From Mobula hypostoma (lineage: Eukaryota), in the NCBI RefSeq assembly GCF_963921235.1, contig NC_086104.1, positions 40,486,001 through 40,550,000 of the forward strand: a stretch of 64,000 bases of DNA, given 5' to 3'. The notes under the pieces were generated by a model, which saw only the letters and a program-made list of their open reading frames with translations, was not told where the DNA came from and searched no databases. Within the stretch, counting starts at the first letter, position 1. Every line of letters begins with the position of its first letter. A program made the position numbers and the translations under genes. Positions 49,682 through 62,352 of this stretch are shown here, piece by piece.

Positions 49682-50197
49682 CTACAGGGGAAAACAAAAT
49701 GACAGTATTAGTTTACTTGGGTGTAAAGAAAATTCATTCAATTAGGTGCCACATGAGAGATTATTGCACAAGTTTAGAGTCATATGATTGTGGTTAAGGT
49801 GTCAGCAGAAATTAATTAAAAGAAATAAAATGGAATAAGCAAAACATTTTTATTTTGGTGTCACTGGTAGGAGCATTTATAAACCATACTGAAATGTCCT
49901 AAGGATCTGATAATGAACCAACCTCTTGAACTGCTGCAATCATCCAGAAGGTGAAGACACTTCTACAGAAATGTTGTGTTGTGAAGTTGGAAAGTAGATA
50001 GTAATTTTTGTGCTGCTGAAGGATCAGTGCTTGGTCATCAACTAGTAGGAATCCATATCAATTTATGGGAGGAGGCTGAGAGCAACAAGTTCACTGACAG
50101 GATAGGGAAATAGGATCATAAACTGAGAAGAAGGCACAAAGAGACTGCAAGTGGAGAAAGAAGTCAAATAAATGGACAAGATGGTGGCAGATTAAAA

Positions 50198-51690
50198 TCA
50201 TCTTCTTCACGTGCCTTGAACGTTACACGCTTGGGCGATCATGGCTCTCCACATTGAATGATCCCTCACAGCGTCATTGATATCTCACACACTTCGATTT
50301 GTTAGTTCTTTCACAGTGTCCATATATTTTGTTCTTTGCCTTCCTCTTCCGCGTTTCCCAGGCATACGGCCTTGTAATGTAAGGCATTCTATTTCTCTCT
50401 TTCTGATGACATGGCCCAGGAATTTAAGTTTCCTCTCATTTAATGTTCTCATTAAAGATCTTTTTGTATGGGCATGTTGGAGTACTGTCTCATTAGATAC
50501 CCTATCTCAATATGACATTTTCAGCATTCTTCTGAGAAACCACATTTCTGTTGCTTCTAAGTTTCTTTGGAGTTCTGGTGTTATAGTCCACGTTTCAGAA
50601 GCATACAGCAGGATTGACCAGATATAACATTTTAGTAGCCTAAGCCTTGTTGTCATAGAAATGTGTCTGTTGGTAAAAATGGGTTTCATTTTTTGCAAGT
50701 TGGTTTCGGCAATGGCAATTCTTCTTTTTATTTCTAGTTTACTTCTAGCATCTTGTGATATAAAGCTACCAAAGTAATTAAAGCTGGTCTTTTGTTCAAT
50801 CTCTTTGGTTACCAATGTACAATTGGCAGTTGGGAGTATCCTGTTGTTTTGATATTACCATACATTTGCTTTTTTTACAGTTGATGGTTAGACCAAAATC
50901 TGCACTCGTTTGTAGTACTTTGTCTAGGAGGATTTGTAGGTCTTCTGCAGCACTTGCTATTAGGGTGGTATCCACTGCATATCTTATATTGTTGATGTTA
51001 ACACCTCCAATTTTTATCCCATCTAGGTCTTCTATTTCTCTGAGAATCATTTTACTACAGATATTAAATAATTCCGGTGAGGCAACACATCCCTGTCTAA
51101 CTCCTCTTAGAATTTTAGTCCAACTGCTTATATTATCATCAATTTTTACCGCCGCCGTTTGATTCCAATATAAATTTTGAAGCAGTTGTTGGTCCCTTCC
51201 GTCAATGTTTAGTTTAGCGAGAATTTGAAATAATTTTTCATGTTGCGCTTTGTCGAATGCTTTAGTGAAATCAATAAAACATAAAAAGACGCAAAAAACA
51301 GGAATTCTGCAGGTGCTGGAAATTCAAGCAACACACATCAAAGTTGCTGGTGAACGCAGCAGGCCAGGCAGCATCTCTGGGAAGAGGTACAGTCGACGTT
51401 TCAGGCCGAGACCCTAAAAAGACATCATTTTGATATTCAATTGCCCTTTCTGAAAGCATTCATAGCATGAAAATTGTGTTCCTAGTTTCTCTATCCTCAA
51501 TAAACCCATATTGCAGTTGAGAAGTTTCTGGTCTTAACTTGTTTTTAATTTGACTCAGAACAATTCTCAACAAAATCTTTATTATGTGACTCATAAGACT
51601 GATTGTTCTATAATTTTTGCAGTCAATAGTTCCAGGAATTTTTGGCAGAGTTATAAACACTGATTTCAAGAGATTGACAGGCAATAATGA
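50198..51690 (-). mobile_element. RTE-clade LINE, second subfamily, 5'-truncated, inside an old CR1
   Basis: CKNYRTISLMSH, INNIRYAVDT, LLYASETWT; (GAA)n-type tail. Confidence 0.88.
51291..51414 (-). mobile_element. Penelope pseudo-LTR fragment (3' half of hammerhead only)
   Basis: 9-bp TSD TAAAAAGAC (51282-90 / 51415-23); near-identical to 3641-3739 but begins within stem II. Confidence 0.85.
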
Positions 51691-52299
51691 AAATAATGTA
51701 GGGAAATATAAAATTGGCCATATTAGGAAAAATGGCAAGCCAAATTTTATTTTTAAAAGGAGAGATGCAAGTAAATGTAGAGTTTAATGTCTTTACACAG
51801 AAGTCACAGTAACAATAATGTAGAAGCAAATGGTACATTAACCTTTATTACACAAGGATTAGAGTGCAAGAGTAAATAATTCTTGCACAACCACATAAAC
51901 CACTGATAATTGATATTTAGAGCTTTGATTTTGTCATCTATTAAGGGATACATTTAACTGAGCAAGGGTTAAGTAAAATGTAGTGGATTTCTTTTCTGGG
52001 AAGAGAGACAAGTCCCTATAAGTTATGTTCCCTAAACTGAGAGGTGTAAGAATGATCAAATCTTTGAAGGATTTGACAAGACAGATATTGAGAAACTTTT
52101 TTCTTTAATCTCTATTTCTAATATCTGCAAAATTACACAACATTGGGCTGGTTATTTACTACTGAAATGGGCTGTCAAGCCACTTTTATTGTACAGTCTT
52201 AACAGTAGAGACTTTACAGTCACTTACTATTTCTATTCCTCAAGCTCTTAAAACATAACATAATGAAAGGCAGGAGGAGGCAATTTGTTCCCTTGCTTT

Positions 52300-54380
52300 C
52301 ACTTCACCATTAAGGTCATTGTCAGTTGAGGATGACACTCCACCACCAGCATATTTGCAAAGAACCTTCCTGAGACACAGAGTGGGATTTGTCAAGTTAC
52401 ACTACCATCAATATGATCTTCTGAGTTCGTCAGATTCAGAAAAGTGTATTGCTCATAACCTACACCTGAACACTGCCTTCGTAGGTCTAAGTAAGGCACT
52501 TGATACTGTGAACAGAAGGGTGCTCTGGACAATCCTGTCAAAATTGGCTGTCCAAGCAAATTTGTCAATCTCATCCACCTTTTTCAGAACAACGTGTAAT
52601 GCCTTGATTCATATTTTCTCTATTATGCTGTATGTATTTCACTTAGCAGTTCTGTAAGAGCAATCTGTTCTGCTGTCAGCTGTTTGGGTTATTGTTGAAG
52701 ATAAGGGACGATGAGGAATTAGGATGGTAGAATTAGAGGGAGGCTTTCTTGGTGAGGGACACTAAAGTTGGACTTGGGGTTTATTTTGGTTCAGCAGGAG
52801 ATGAAGAGAAGATGCTGGGGAGAACCAGTCATAGCATACAATTCGGCGGGAGACCCGTTTGATTGCGAGTGACGTTCAGAAGGTGGGGTGTGCTTTCCGC
52901 CAACCGAGGGTCCAGCGCGTTGAGTGACAGAAGTTCAAGATGAGCTCCAACTTGTGCACATCTGACTGTTTAATTAAAATAGGCCCTCTTCTTTTTGTTT
53001 GCTAATCCTTTAGTTAAGATTCCTTTAAACATATGCAGTGTACTGTCTGTTATTTCATGGCACTAATTAGTAACAGCGTAGCAAATTACACAGAATCCAC
53101 ACAAACCAAGGTTTGGGGCGGGAAAGCCTTCTCAGTCTCAGGAGTTTGGCAGGACCAGAGAGTGTTTTCCCTAGACTTACACAGCCAAGGAAACCAGGGG
53201 GTTTCAAATGTGACTGGCAAAGTCCTCTCAAACAGAGATACCTCAGAATTATTCAGTATTTAAAATGGAGAGTGGCAAGGGTTTGTGCTGGCTTCTGTGC
53301 AGTTTAACCTGTTCTTCAAATATGTGCTGAACCATGCAGTCAGAGATTTTCAATGTGGTGTCTATCTGAAATTCAGGCTTGATGGATCACTCTTTGACCT
53401 GAGTTGTCTGAATGCCAGAACAAAGATAGTTAAGAAACTCATTGATGGCTCACATTGAGTTTGAACTTCAGCTAACTGTCGACAACATTGCCAAAGCTTC
53501 GCGCTTCTTTAGTCTTACCATCAGCCTTGGCAAGACAACCTGCTCCTGAATATACTGCTGTTGCCTCCTCTAACACTATTCAAAGGGACAAGCTCGAAGA
53601 TGGTGGAAGAATGCAAGTACCTCAGTAGCGTCATTTATAGGGATAGCTTATTAGACAGAGATATCAGTGCCAGGATTTAAGACCAGCCACAACTTTGGTC
53701 AATACAACATCAACATGTCTACAAAACTAAAGGCATACAAAGCTTTTGTCCTCAGCAATCTCCTGTGTGGATGTGAAACTTGAACCGCTTACAGAAGACA
53801 CCTCAAAATGCCGGAGGGCTTTCACATGCATAGTCTGAGGTCAATTCTTGGCATCCTATAGCAGGACCGAGTTACAAACATGGAGGTCCTCAACAGGGCA
53901 GGGATCACAAGATTCGAGGCCAGGATTGCAAAGCACAACTTTGGTAGATAGGGAATGTCACATGTATGAAGAATTCCCAAATCCCCAAACAGCTACAGTA
54001 TGGTGAGTGTTCACTGAGCAAGAGAAATTGAGGTAGGTCTTGTAAAAGGTTCAAAGACTGCGTGTAGAGTAATACTGCACATGTTAAACTTGCTCCCAGA
54101 CAGCTGGAGCAGAGACCAGGGTGGTTGGTAAGCCTTGGCTGGAATTGCTCACAACCACCTAGAGAGGCACCAAGCAGAACAAGTCACTGCACGACAAAGG
54201 AGCAAAGCAAATGTAGTTGCTCCACTACCAGAACTAGTAGTTTCCACGTCCTTATTGTGGACATACATGTCACTTACAACTTGGATTCAACAGCCACCTT
54301 TGAATGCACAACAGAAGAACTGCACAAATCAGTCATCGTCGAATCAATCAAGATCATAGCTTCTCTTTTACAAGCAAAAT
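52300..54380 (+). mobile_element. Old RTE (BovB-like) LINE split by a solo LTR
   Basis: AFVGLSKALDTVNR..LWTIL; FVNLIHLF|NVTGKVLSN continuity across the LTR; LLCGCET. Confidence 0.7.
52595..53206. mobile_element. Solo LTR (Gypsy/ERV-type)
   Basis: TG...CA termini, 612 bp, 4-bp TSD AACG/AATG (one CpG-type change); precisely interrupts the RTE reading frame. Confidence 0.7.
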
Positions 54381-54437
54381 TGTTCAGCACGAATCCATAT
54401 TCTTGATGTTTTTAATATACAAGTACCTATCCATAAA

Positions 54438-55935
54438 TCATAGGAGCAGATTTAGGCCATTCGGCCCATTGCTCGCTCCACCATTCAAGTGTAATTGATT
54501 TCCCTCCAGATCACATTCACCTGCCTTCTCCCCATAACCTTCTACACCCTTACTAATCAATAATCTATCAACCTCCAATCTAAAAACCTCCAACCCAATG
54601 ACTTGACCTTCACAGCTGGCAGTGTGAATTCTAGAGATTCACCACCCTCTGGCTAAAGAAATTCCTCCCCATCTTTGTTCTAAGGGATGCCCTTCTATTC
54701 AGAGGATATGCCCTCTGGTCCCAGACTCCCAAACTAGAGGAAACATCCTCTCACACTTTTCAATATTCAGTAGAGTTTAATGAGATTCTCCCCTCATTCT
54801 TCTAAACTCCAGTGAGTCTAGGCTCTAAACTTATTCTAGAGCTTCTCCGCTCTAAATATACCCAGCAAATCCTTTCTAACATAATGGGATCCAAATATTC
54901 TAAATGTTGTCTGACCAGTGCCTTATAAGGCCTTAGCATTACATCCTTGCTTTTATATTCTAGCCCTCTTGAAATGAATACTAACATTATACTTGCCTTC
55001 CTTTCTACCAACTCAACCTGCAGGCTAACCTTCAGGGATTTCTGCACAAGGACTTACAAATCCCTTTACACCTCTGATTCTGAATTTGCTCCCTGCTTAA
55101 AAAGTAGTTGAGACCTTTATTCCTTCTACCAAAGTGCTTGGCAATACACTTCTCTACACTGCATTCTATCTGCCACTTTTTTGCCCATTCTCCAAATCTG
55201 TTTAAGATTTTGCAAACACCCTGCTCCTACACCTACCTTTTCATCATCTGCAAACCTGGCCACAAAGGCATTGATTCTGTCATCCACATTATTAACATAT
55301 GAAAAATAGTAGACCCAACACTGACCCCTCTGGAACACCATTAGCCACCGGCAGCAAACAAGAAAAGCCCTCCCTTTATTCCCACTTTTTGCCTTCTGTC
55401 AGTCAGCCAATCTTCTGTCCACGTTAGTATATTTCCTGTAATACAACAGGGTTTTATTTTGTTTAGCAGCCCTCATCAAAGGGTTTCTGAAAATTCCAAG
55501 TAAAAGGCAAGATAGCACAGCAGCTAGCATAATGCGATGGGTTCAGTTCCACTGCTGTCTGCAAGGTGTTTGTACATTCCCCCTATGACTGTGTGGGTTT
55601 CTCCTGAGTGCTCTGGTTTCCTTCCTCATGCCAAAGACGTACCATAATTGGTCACATTGGTTGGCACAGGCGCTTTGAGCCAGAAGGGCCTGTTACTGTG
55701 CTGAATTGCTCAATAAAAACATCTACTGACTCTCTTTCGTCTATCCCACCTGTTGTTACCTCAAGAAGTGCAATAGACTGTCAGGGTAGATTTCCGCTTA
55801 AGGAAGCGACAATCATTTCTGCCTATTTTATCGTGCGCCTCCACATACTTCAAAATCTCATCCTTAGGAGTAGACTTCTGCCAACCATTGAAGTCAGGCA
55901 AACCGCCCTGTAATTTTCTGTTTTGCCTCTCCCTC
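54438..55935 (-). mobile_element. CR1 LINE 3' part (family of 16470-18310), interrupted by a V-SINE
   Basis: ISRGLEYKSKDVMLRPYKALVRQHLEY; ARFADD; CR1 tail. Confidence 0.85.
55506..55718 (+). mobile_element. V-SINE
   Basis: GTGGGTTTCTCCTGAGTGCTCTGGTTTCCTTCCTCATGCCAAAGAC V-domain and LINE-like tail. Confidence 0.7.
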
Positions 55936-55936
55936 T

Positions 55937-56390
55937 TGAATTGAATTGACTTTATTACTTACATCTTTCAAATACAGGAGTAAAAATCTTTACGCTACGT
56001 CTCCATTCAAATGTGCCATGTGAAATTATTGTAATTTTATAATAAATGTTATGTACAACAGGATAGTCAATATAACATGAAATACAGTAGCGTCAGCATG
56101 AATTAAGCAGTCTGATGGACTGGTGGAAGACGCTGTCCCAGAGCCTGTTGGTCCTGGCTTTTATGCTGTGGTACCATTTCCCGGATGGTAGCAGCTGGAA
56201 CAGTTTGTGGTTGGGGTGACTTGCTTCTTCAGGCCCTTTTTACACAGCTGTCTTTGTAAATAGCCTGAATAGTGGGAAGTTCACATCTACAGATGTGCTG
56301 GTCTGTCTGCACCACCTTCTGCAGAGTCCTGCAATTGAGGGATGTACAGTTCCCATACCAGGCAGTGATGCAGTCAGTCAGGACACTGTT
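55937..56390 (-). mobile_element. Rex-Babar/L2-type LINE 3' fragment
   Basis: (TTGAA)n tail with minus-strand AATAAA; ORF2 C-terminal remnant. Confidence 0.65.
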
Positions 56391-56751
56391 AAACCCATAT
56401 GGATTTCAGCAGAGTGAAGTTTATACAAGTTGATCAGCAATGATGAACGGAAGTCAATTGTTTAAATCCATGTGAGCTTTGAGAATTAAATCAGGCTTAA
56501 CAAAAATCCAAAGTAACACTGAACCTTTTTGCAATCATTTTTTAAAAGAAATTACAGAAGTGCTCAGAGCTCTTCATTTACTTTGGATGAAGAAGTTAAT
56601 TCAATTCTGTTCATCTTCCAATTTTTACCTAGAATGAACTCATATCACTTGAAAAAAGTTGTCCAATTTTCTTTTAGTTCTATATTTATCATCATTTAGT
56701 TATCTGCTCATTCCAAATAGGGTTGGGGGCTGGCCTTGCCCATCGGTGCTG

Positions 56752-58434
56752 CCATCCAGTGTTTGCACAGTGGAAGATAAGCTGTATAGTGCTCATCTGC
56801 CTTCCGGTGTCTGCACTGTGGACGATAAGCTGCACAGTGCTCATCTGCCTTCCAGTGTTCGCACAGTCGAAGAAGATAAGCTGTATAGTACTCATCTGCC
56901 TTCCGGTGTCCGCACAGTGGACGATAAGCTGCATTGTGTTCATCTGCCTTCCGGTGATCACACAGTGGACAATAAGCTGTATAGTGTTCATCTGCCTTCC
57001 GGTGTCCGCACAGTGGAAGATAAGCTGTACACTATTCATCCGCCTTCCGGTGTCCGCACTGTGGACGATAAGCTGTATAGTGCTCATCTGCCTTCCAGTG
57101 TTCGCACTGTGGACGATAAGGTGTATAGTATTCATCCGCCTTCCGGTGTTCGCACAGTGGACGATAAGTTGTATAGTATTCATCTGCCTTCTGGTGTTCG
57201 CACTATGGACGGTAAGTTGTATAGTATTCATCTGCCTTCCAGTGTTCGCACAGTGGAAGATAAGCTGTATAGTATTCATCCGCCTTCCGGTGTCCGCACT
57301 GTGGAAGATAAGCTGTATAGTATTCATCCGCCTTCCGGTGTTCGCACAGTGGAAGATAAGCTGTATAGTATTCATCTGCCTTCCGGTGTTCGCACAGTGG
57401 ACGATAAGCTGTATAGTATTCATCTGCCTTCCGGTGTTCGCACCGTGGACGATAAGCTGTATAGTGTTCATCTGCCTTCCTGTATCCGCACTGTGGACGA
57501 TAAGCTGTATAGTGTTCATCTGCCTTCCTGTATCCGCACTGTGGACGATTAGCTGTATAGTGTTCATCTGCCTTCCGGTGTCCGCACTGTGGACGATAAG
57601 CTGTATAGTGTTCATCTGCCTTCCGGTGTTCGCACCGTGGACGATAAGCTGTATAGTGTTCATCTGCCTTCCGGTGTCCGCACTGTGGACGATAAGCTGT
57701 ATAGTGTTCATCTGCCTTCTGGTGTTCGCACTGTGGACGATAAGCTGTACAGTGTTCATCTGCCTTCCGGTGTCCGCACTGTGGACGATAAGCTGTATAG
57801 TGTTCATCTGCCTTCTGGTGTTCGCACAGTGGACGATAAGCTGCATAGCGTTCATCTGCCTTCCGGTGTTCGTAATGTGGACGATAAGCTGTATAGTGTT
57901 CATCTGCCTTCCGGTGTTCGCACCGTGGACGATAAGCTGTATAGTATTCATCTGCCTTCCGGTGTTCGCACTGTGGACGATAAGCTGTATGGTGTTCACC
58001 TGCCTTCTGGTGTTCGCACAGTGGACGATAAGCTGCATAGTGTTCATCTGCCTTCTGGTGTTCGCACAGTGGACGATAAGCTGCATAGTATTCATCTGCC
58101 TTCCGGTGTCCGCACTGTGGACGATAAGCTGCATAGTGTTCATCTGCCTTCCGGTGTTCGTAATGTGGACGATAAACTGCATTATGTTCATCTGCCTTCC
58201 GGTGTTCGTAATGTGGACGATAAGCTGTATAGTGTTCATCTGCCTTCCGGTGTCCGCACTGTGGACGATAAGCTGTATAGTGTTCATCTGCCTTCCGGTG
58301 TTCGTAATGTGGACGATAAGCTGTACAGTGTTCATCTGCCTTCCGGTGTCCGCACTGTGGACGATAAACTGTATAGTGTTCATCTGCCTTCTGGTGTTCG
58401 TAATGTGGACGATAAACTGCATTATGTTCATCTG
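56752..58434 (+). repeat. 48-bp minisatellite, 35 units (consensus CCTTCCGGTGTYCGCACWGTGGACGATAAGCTGTATAGTRTTCATCTG)
   Basis: 1683 bp = 35 x 48 + one 3-bp insertion; embedded in the start of a Rex/L2-type APE domain. Confidence 0.95.
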
Positions 58435-58652
58435 CCGCTGCACCTGCACGAGATGAATACTGCTACAGGCAGGCTTGTTCTTGCAGAAACATGGCTCCAG
58501 GACAACATCCATGCACACCATTAATAAAGAGGCCATGATACTCAAGGATTTGGCCTATGTTAATATTTTTTAAATATTATTTTTCAAAGTTCAAGGTCAA
58601 TTTATTATCGAAGTATGTATACTACAGACAACCATGAGATGTGACTCCTTAT

Positions 58653-59954
58653 CATCATCATCATCATCAGGTACCATGCCCGGTTTGAGCCATGGCCCAC
58701 ACACTCCTGTTTCGGGTCAAGTGGATCAATTCATTGGTATTCATTTCCAGTTCTCTGGCTGCTGTCTCCATCATCATTTCTCTTTGTCTTCCTCTTGCTT
58801 TCTTCCCTTCAATCTTTCCCATAATTACCGTGCATTCTAACTCCTCTTTTCTAATCACATGTCCAATGAATTTACGTTGCCTTTTCATGATCTCATACAT
58901 TATTTCTCTTTTTGTGTTTGCTCTGTTCATGACATTAGACTATGAGTACACGCAATCCTCTTTTACTGTCATTTAGAAATGCATGCATTAAGAAATGACA
59001 CAATATTCCTCCGGTGTGATATCACAAAAACACAGGACAGACCAAAACTGAAAAACTAACAAAAACCACATAATTATAACATATAGTTACAACAGTGCAA
59101 CAATACCACAACTTGATGAAAAACAGGCCACGGCACAGTAAAAAAGTTCAAAGTCTCTCGAATGTCCCACATCTCACGCAGACGGGAGAAGGAAGCAAAC
59201 TCTCCCTGCCATGCCCGACCACAGTCCGACTCTGAGTCGTCCGAAAACTTTGAGCCTCCGATCAGCCCTCCGACACCGAGTACCGAGCACCATCTCTATC
59301 CTAACGATTCGACCTCAGCCTCGGTCACCAGCAACAGGCAAAGCCGGGGATTTTGAGGCCTTCCCTCTGGAAGATTCTCGTTCGCCCAGTAACAGCGGCA
59401 ACGAACCGACGTTTCAGAAATTTCTCCAGATGTTCCTCTGTGCTTTCACGTCTGTCTCCATCAAATCAGAATTGTCCACAGCCCCTATTTAACAGAGACG
59501 ATATAATTTCACCGGACAGCTGCGCGTGCTGCATCGCGCCACCATCTTCTCCTCCCACCTAGACATCCTCGTTAGATATTCGTTTCGTCCATGATATTCT
59601 TTGCATCCTCCTCAAAAACCACATCTCTGCTGCTTCAATTCATTTCCTCATGTTACTAGATATTGTCCAACATTCTGAGCCATATAACATAACTGAATAA
59701 ACGTAACATTTCAGTACTCTGTGGCGGGTTGTCATGCCTAGTTTAGTATTTGTCAGTATACTCTTCACTCTCGTAAAGGTGTCTTTTGCCATCCCTATTC
59801 TTCTTTTGATGTCCATGTCACACCTGCCACCTGATGTCACCCAGCTTCGTAAGTAGCAAAAGTTCTGTACTTGTTCTATGTCTTCCCTATTTATTCTCAG
59901 CCTACAGATAGGATTCTCCTTCTTTCTGGATATCACCATACATTCTGTCTTTAT
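58653..59954 (-). mobile_element. RTE LINE 3' part (family of 45405-46708)
   Basis: 9-bp TSD ACTCCTTAT (58644-52 / 59955-63); (TGA)n tail; ORFs 58667..58930 and 59640..59939. Confidence 0.9.
58936..59561 (-). mobile_element. Non-autonomous retroelement nested in RTE
   Basis: 5-bp TSD GACAT (58931-35 / 59562-66); CpG-rich 5' part beginning GGAGGAGAAGATGGTGGCG. Confidence 0.7.
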
Positions 59955-61435
59955 ACTCCTTATACCAGTACAAGAAAAAGAAATCCAATAGAACCAATTA
60001 AAAAAGACACCTAAAATGACAAAAAGTTATGCAAACAATAGAAATAAGCAAATACAATCAGAACTAAAGTTCACAAATGTGAGTCCACAGCCACAAAGTC
60101 AGTCACAGTCAGTCCAGGAGCCCTTTAGATGCCTCATGTCAGTGCACAGATGAGTAAACCTCACGAGAAGCGAGCCGAACACTAGTCATCCCTCTCTTCT
60201 GGCCCCGACACCCTTACCTTTTCAATCTGGCCTGGTGCTTAAATCAGCCAAACAGCAGGTCATTCCTCACTCTTGGACCCACCCAGGCCCTGCCGCTTTA
60301 ATACACCCTTGGGTCCAGGACCCGTCATCTCGATTCAGCCCATACCTGACTTTTCCAATTCAGCCTGGCACTTAAATCAATCAAACCTTGGCTTATTCCT
60401 TGCTTTGGGCTCGGGCCCCACTGCCTCGATTTGGCCCATGCATATTACGCTGCAACTCCCCTGCATCTTTGAGACTTCAATTCATACCATAAAAATGCCA
60501 GGTTGCACAGGCAGTTCAAAAGCTTGACTCTGACAAGGAAGTTAACCCTTTTTAAGAAAAAGTATGATTAATAAAGTAGTTCACAGTTATTTTTGCGAAC
60601 AAGGTTGTCGCTCTGCTTCATCAATGCCATCTTAGTCCTTTGTAAGTGTTTTTCTATCATAATTATATGCGCTATATGTGCTGTGTGTGAGGCTGTTGGT
60701 ACTGGCTTTGCACCTTGGCCCCAAAGGAAGGCTGTTTCATTTGGCTGTATTCATGTACATGGCTGAATGACAATTAAATCTGAACTTGAATTCACGGCCC
60801 CTCAAGATTTCCTTTGGCTTGAGCACTTCACAAATCAATTGTAAAGTATGGGAGATTTCCCACTTACTTGGAGAAATAAATTTTGCCTCAAATTGTTAAT
60901 TCAAGGATACTGCTACATCAGAAAACAATTCTTTTGAACATGCACAATAACCTTTCAAAACAGACCCTCTTAAAACAGTATCAGCAATAAATGAAGACAA
61001 AATAAATCCAAAAAGTCAATAACCAAAGTAATGCTGGTCTCTTACCTCCTAATTTAGAACAGCAATATTTAAAGATTGGGACAGAGGTTTAACATTGATA
61101 GTATTGAAAATCTGAAAAATTCCCTGAGATGCCTTTGTGATGCAAACTTAAAACTTTTGCAAAAAAATCAAAACATAATCCATTTGTACAATCAACTTCA
61201 TAGGAGCATACTTAAGCAAGACTCGACACCAAGACCTTTGAAAACTTTTAAGATATGAAAGCATTGGCATGCTATTCCAGAAACAAAACTGAGTGAAAGG
61301 AAGAGCAATGACTACAGTTTAATGTACAAAGAAGGAACCATATAAGGGGAATCCTTTCAGCTTTGGATGAGGATAATATAGTCATCTGAAGTTGGTCATG
61401 TCAAAAAAACAAATGGGTAGAACAGCATATCGGGT

Positions 61436-61601
61436 AAACATAGAAACATAGAAAATAGGTGCAGGAGTAGGCCATTCGGCCCTTCGAACCTGCACCGCCA
61501 TTCAGTATGATCATGGCGGATCATCCAACTCAGAACCCTGTACCAGCCTTCCCTCCACACCCCCGATCCCTTTAGCCACAAGGGCCATATCTAACTCCCT
61601 C
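61436..61601 (-). mobile_element. Young CR1 3' end
   Basis: (CATAGAAA)n tail and GGCCATTCGGCCC hairpin. Confidence 0.8.
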
Positions 61602-62170
61602 ACAGTTTACACTGATCACAGATGCAGAGTTTTCAGTGTTTCTTCATGGCCCAAACCACAATGGAAGGCATTAAATAAAGAGTTGCTTTAAAGATGTAAA
61701 CTGATTTGGAAATTTGCAAGAAATTCAAGATGCATGGAGTTCTATGTTTAAATGTTCAAATCCACGGTCCAGCAATGTGATGAATGATTTGAAGTACCCT
61801 TCACAAACATTTATTTTTTATATCTTGGACATGAGACTGGCCTGGGAACTACTTGAGTGATTTGAAGTGAACATAGGTAAAATACAAGGGAATAATCAAG
61901 TTGATAGTGACTACTGTATCAAAAGGGGTGATGAAAGCATTACGATGTTGCAGTAATGACATTGTGAAATGGAAAATGTTGAAAATTGTTCATGATGCAT
62001 CAGTAGAAGCAACTATATCAAACTAGCAAATTGTTTACAGCTGAGCAAGGTTAATGTGGTTTACTTCAGATCATTCCAAAATAATTCTAATGCATTAACT
62101 GATAAACAGGACGTTTTGCTTCAAATACAAAATATACCCAGCCAAACATGATAAAAATCTGTCTTTTTAC

Positions 62171-62352
62171 CTATTGTCGGGTGTAGTAGAAGATGAAGCT
62201 TCTAGTTCTTCTAGAGTCTGTTGAAATAATTCCCTATTTTCATTTATAAAATGCCTCTGCATTTCTGACATCTGGGCCATTATCTTCTCTCTACGCAGAC
62301 GAGCAATTTCAGCTTTCCGCTTTCGATCTGCTTTGTCTTTATCTCGTAAACA
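62171..62352 (-). CDS. UBR2: UBR2 coding exon, basic-rich region (CLRDKDKADRKRKAEIARLRREKIMAQMSEMQRHFINENRELFQQTLEE...)
   Basis: tttcatag / gtaaaa, 182 nt, phase 0/2; strong UBR2 match. Confidence 0.96.

Larger units (their letters stand above)
58584..60637 (-). mobile_element. L2/Rex-tailed non-autonomous element hosting two nested insertions
   Basis: (TTCAAAG)n tail at 58584; AAGATGGC 5' motif at 60633-60626; diverged internal repeat at about 60210-60440. Confidence 0.55.

Noticed and set aside
56752-58434. CRISPR-like array
   Set aside because: Head-to-tail units with no unique spacers, no cas genes, and a eukaryotic context.
56659-58545. Long ORFs (297, 311, 577, 617 aa) as real repeat-protein genes
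   Set aside because: They are by-products of a 48-bp unit that is stop-free in several frames on both strands; intronic, inside a LINE remnant, with no gene context.
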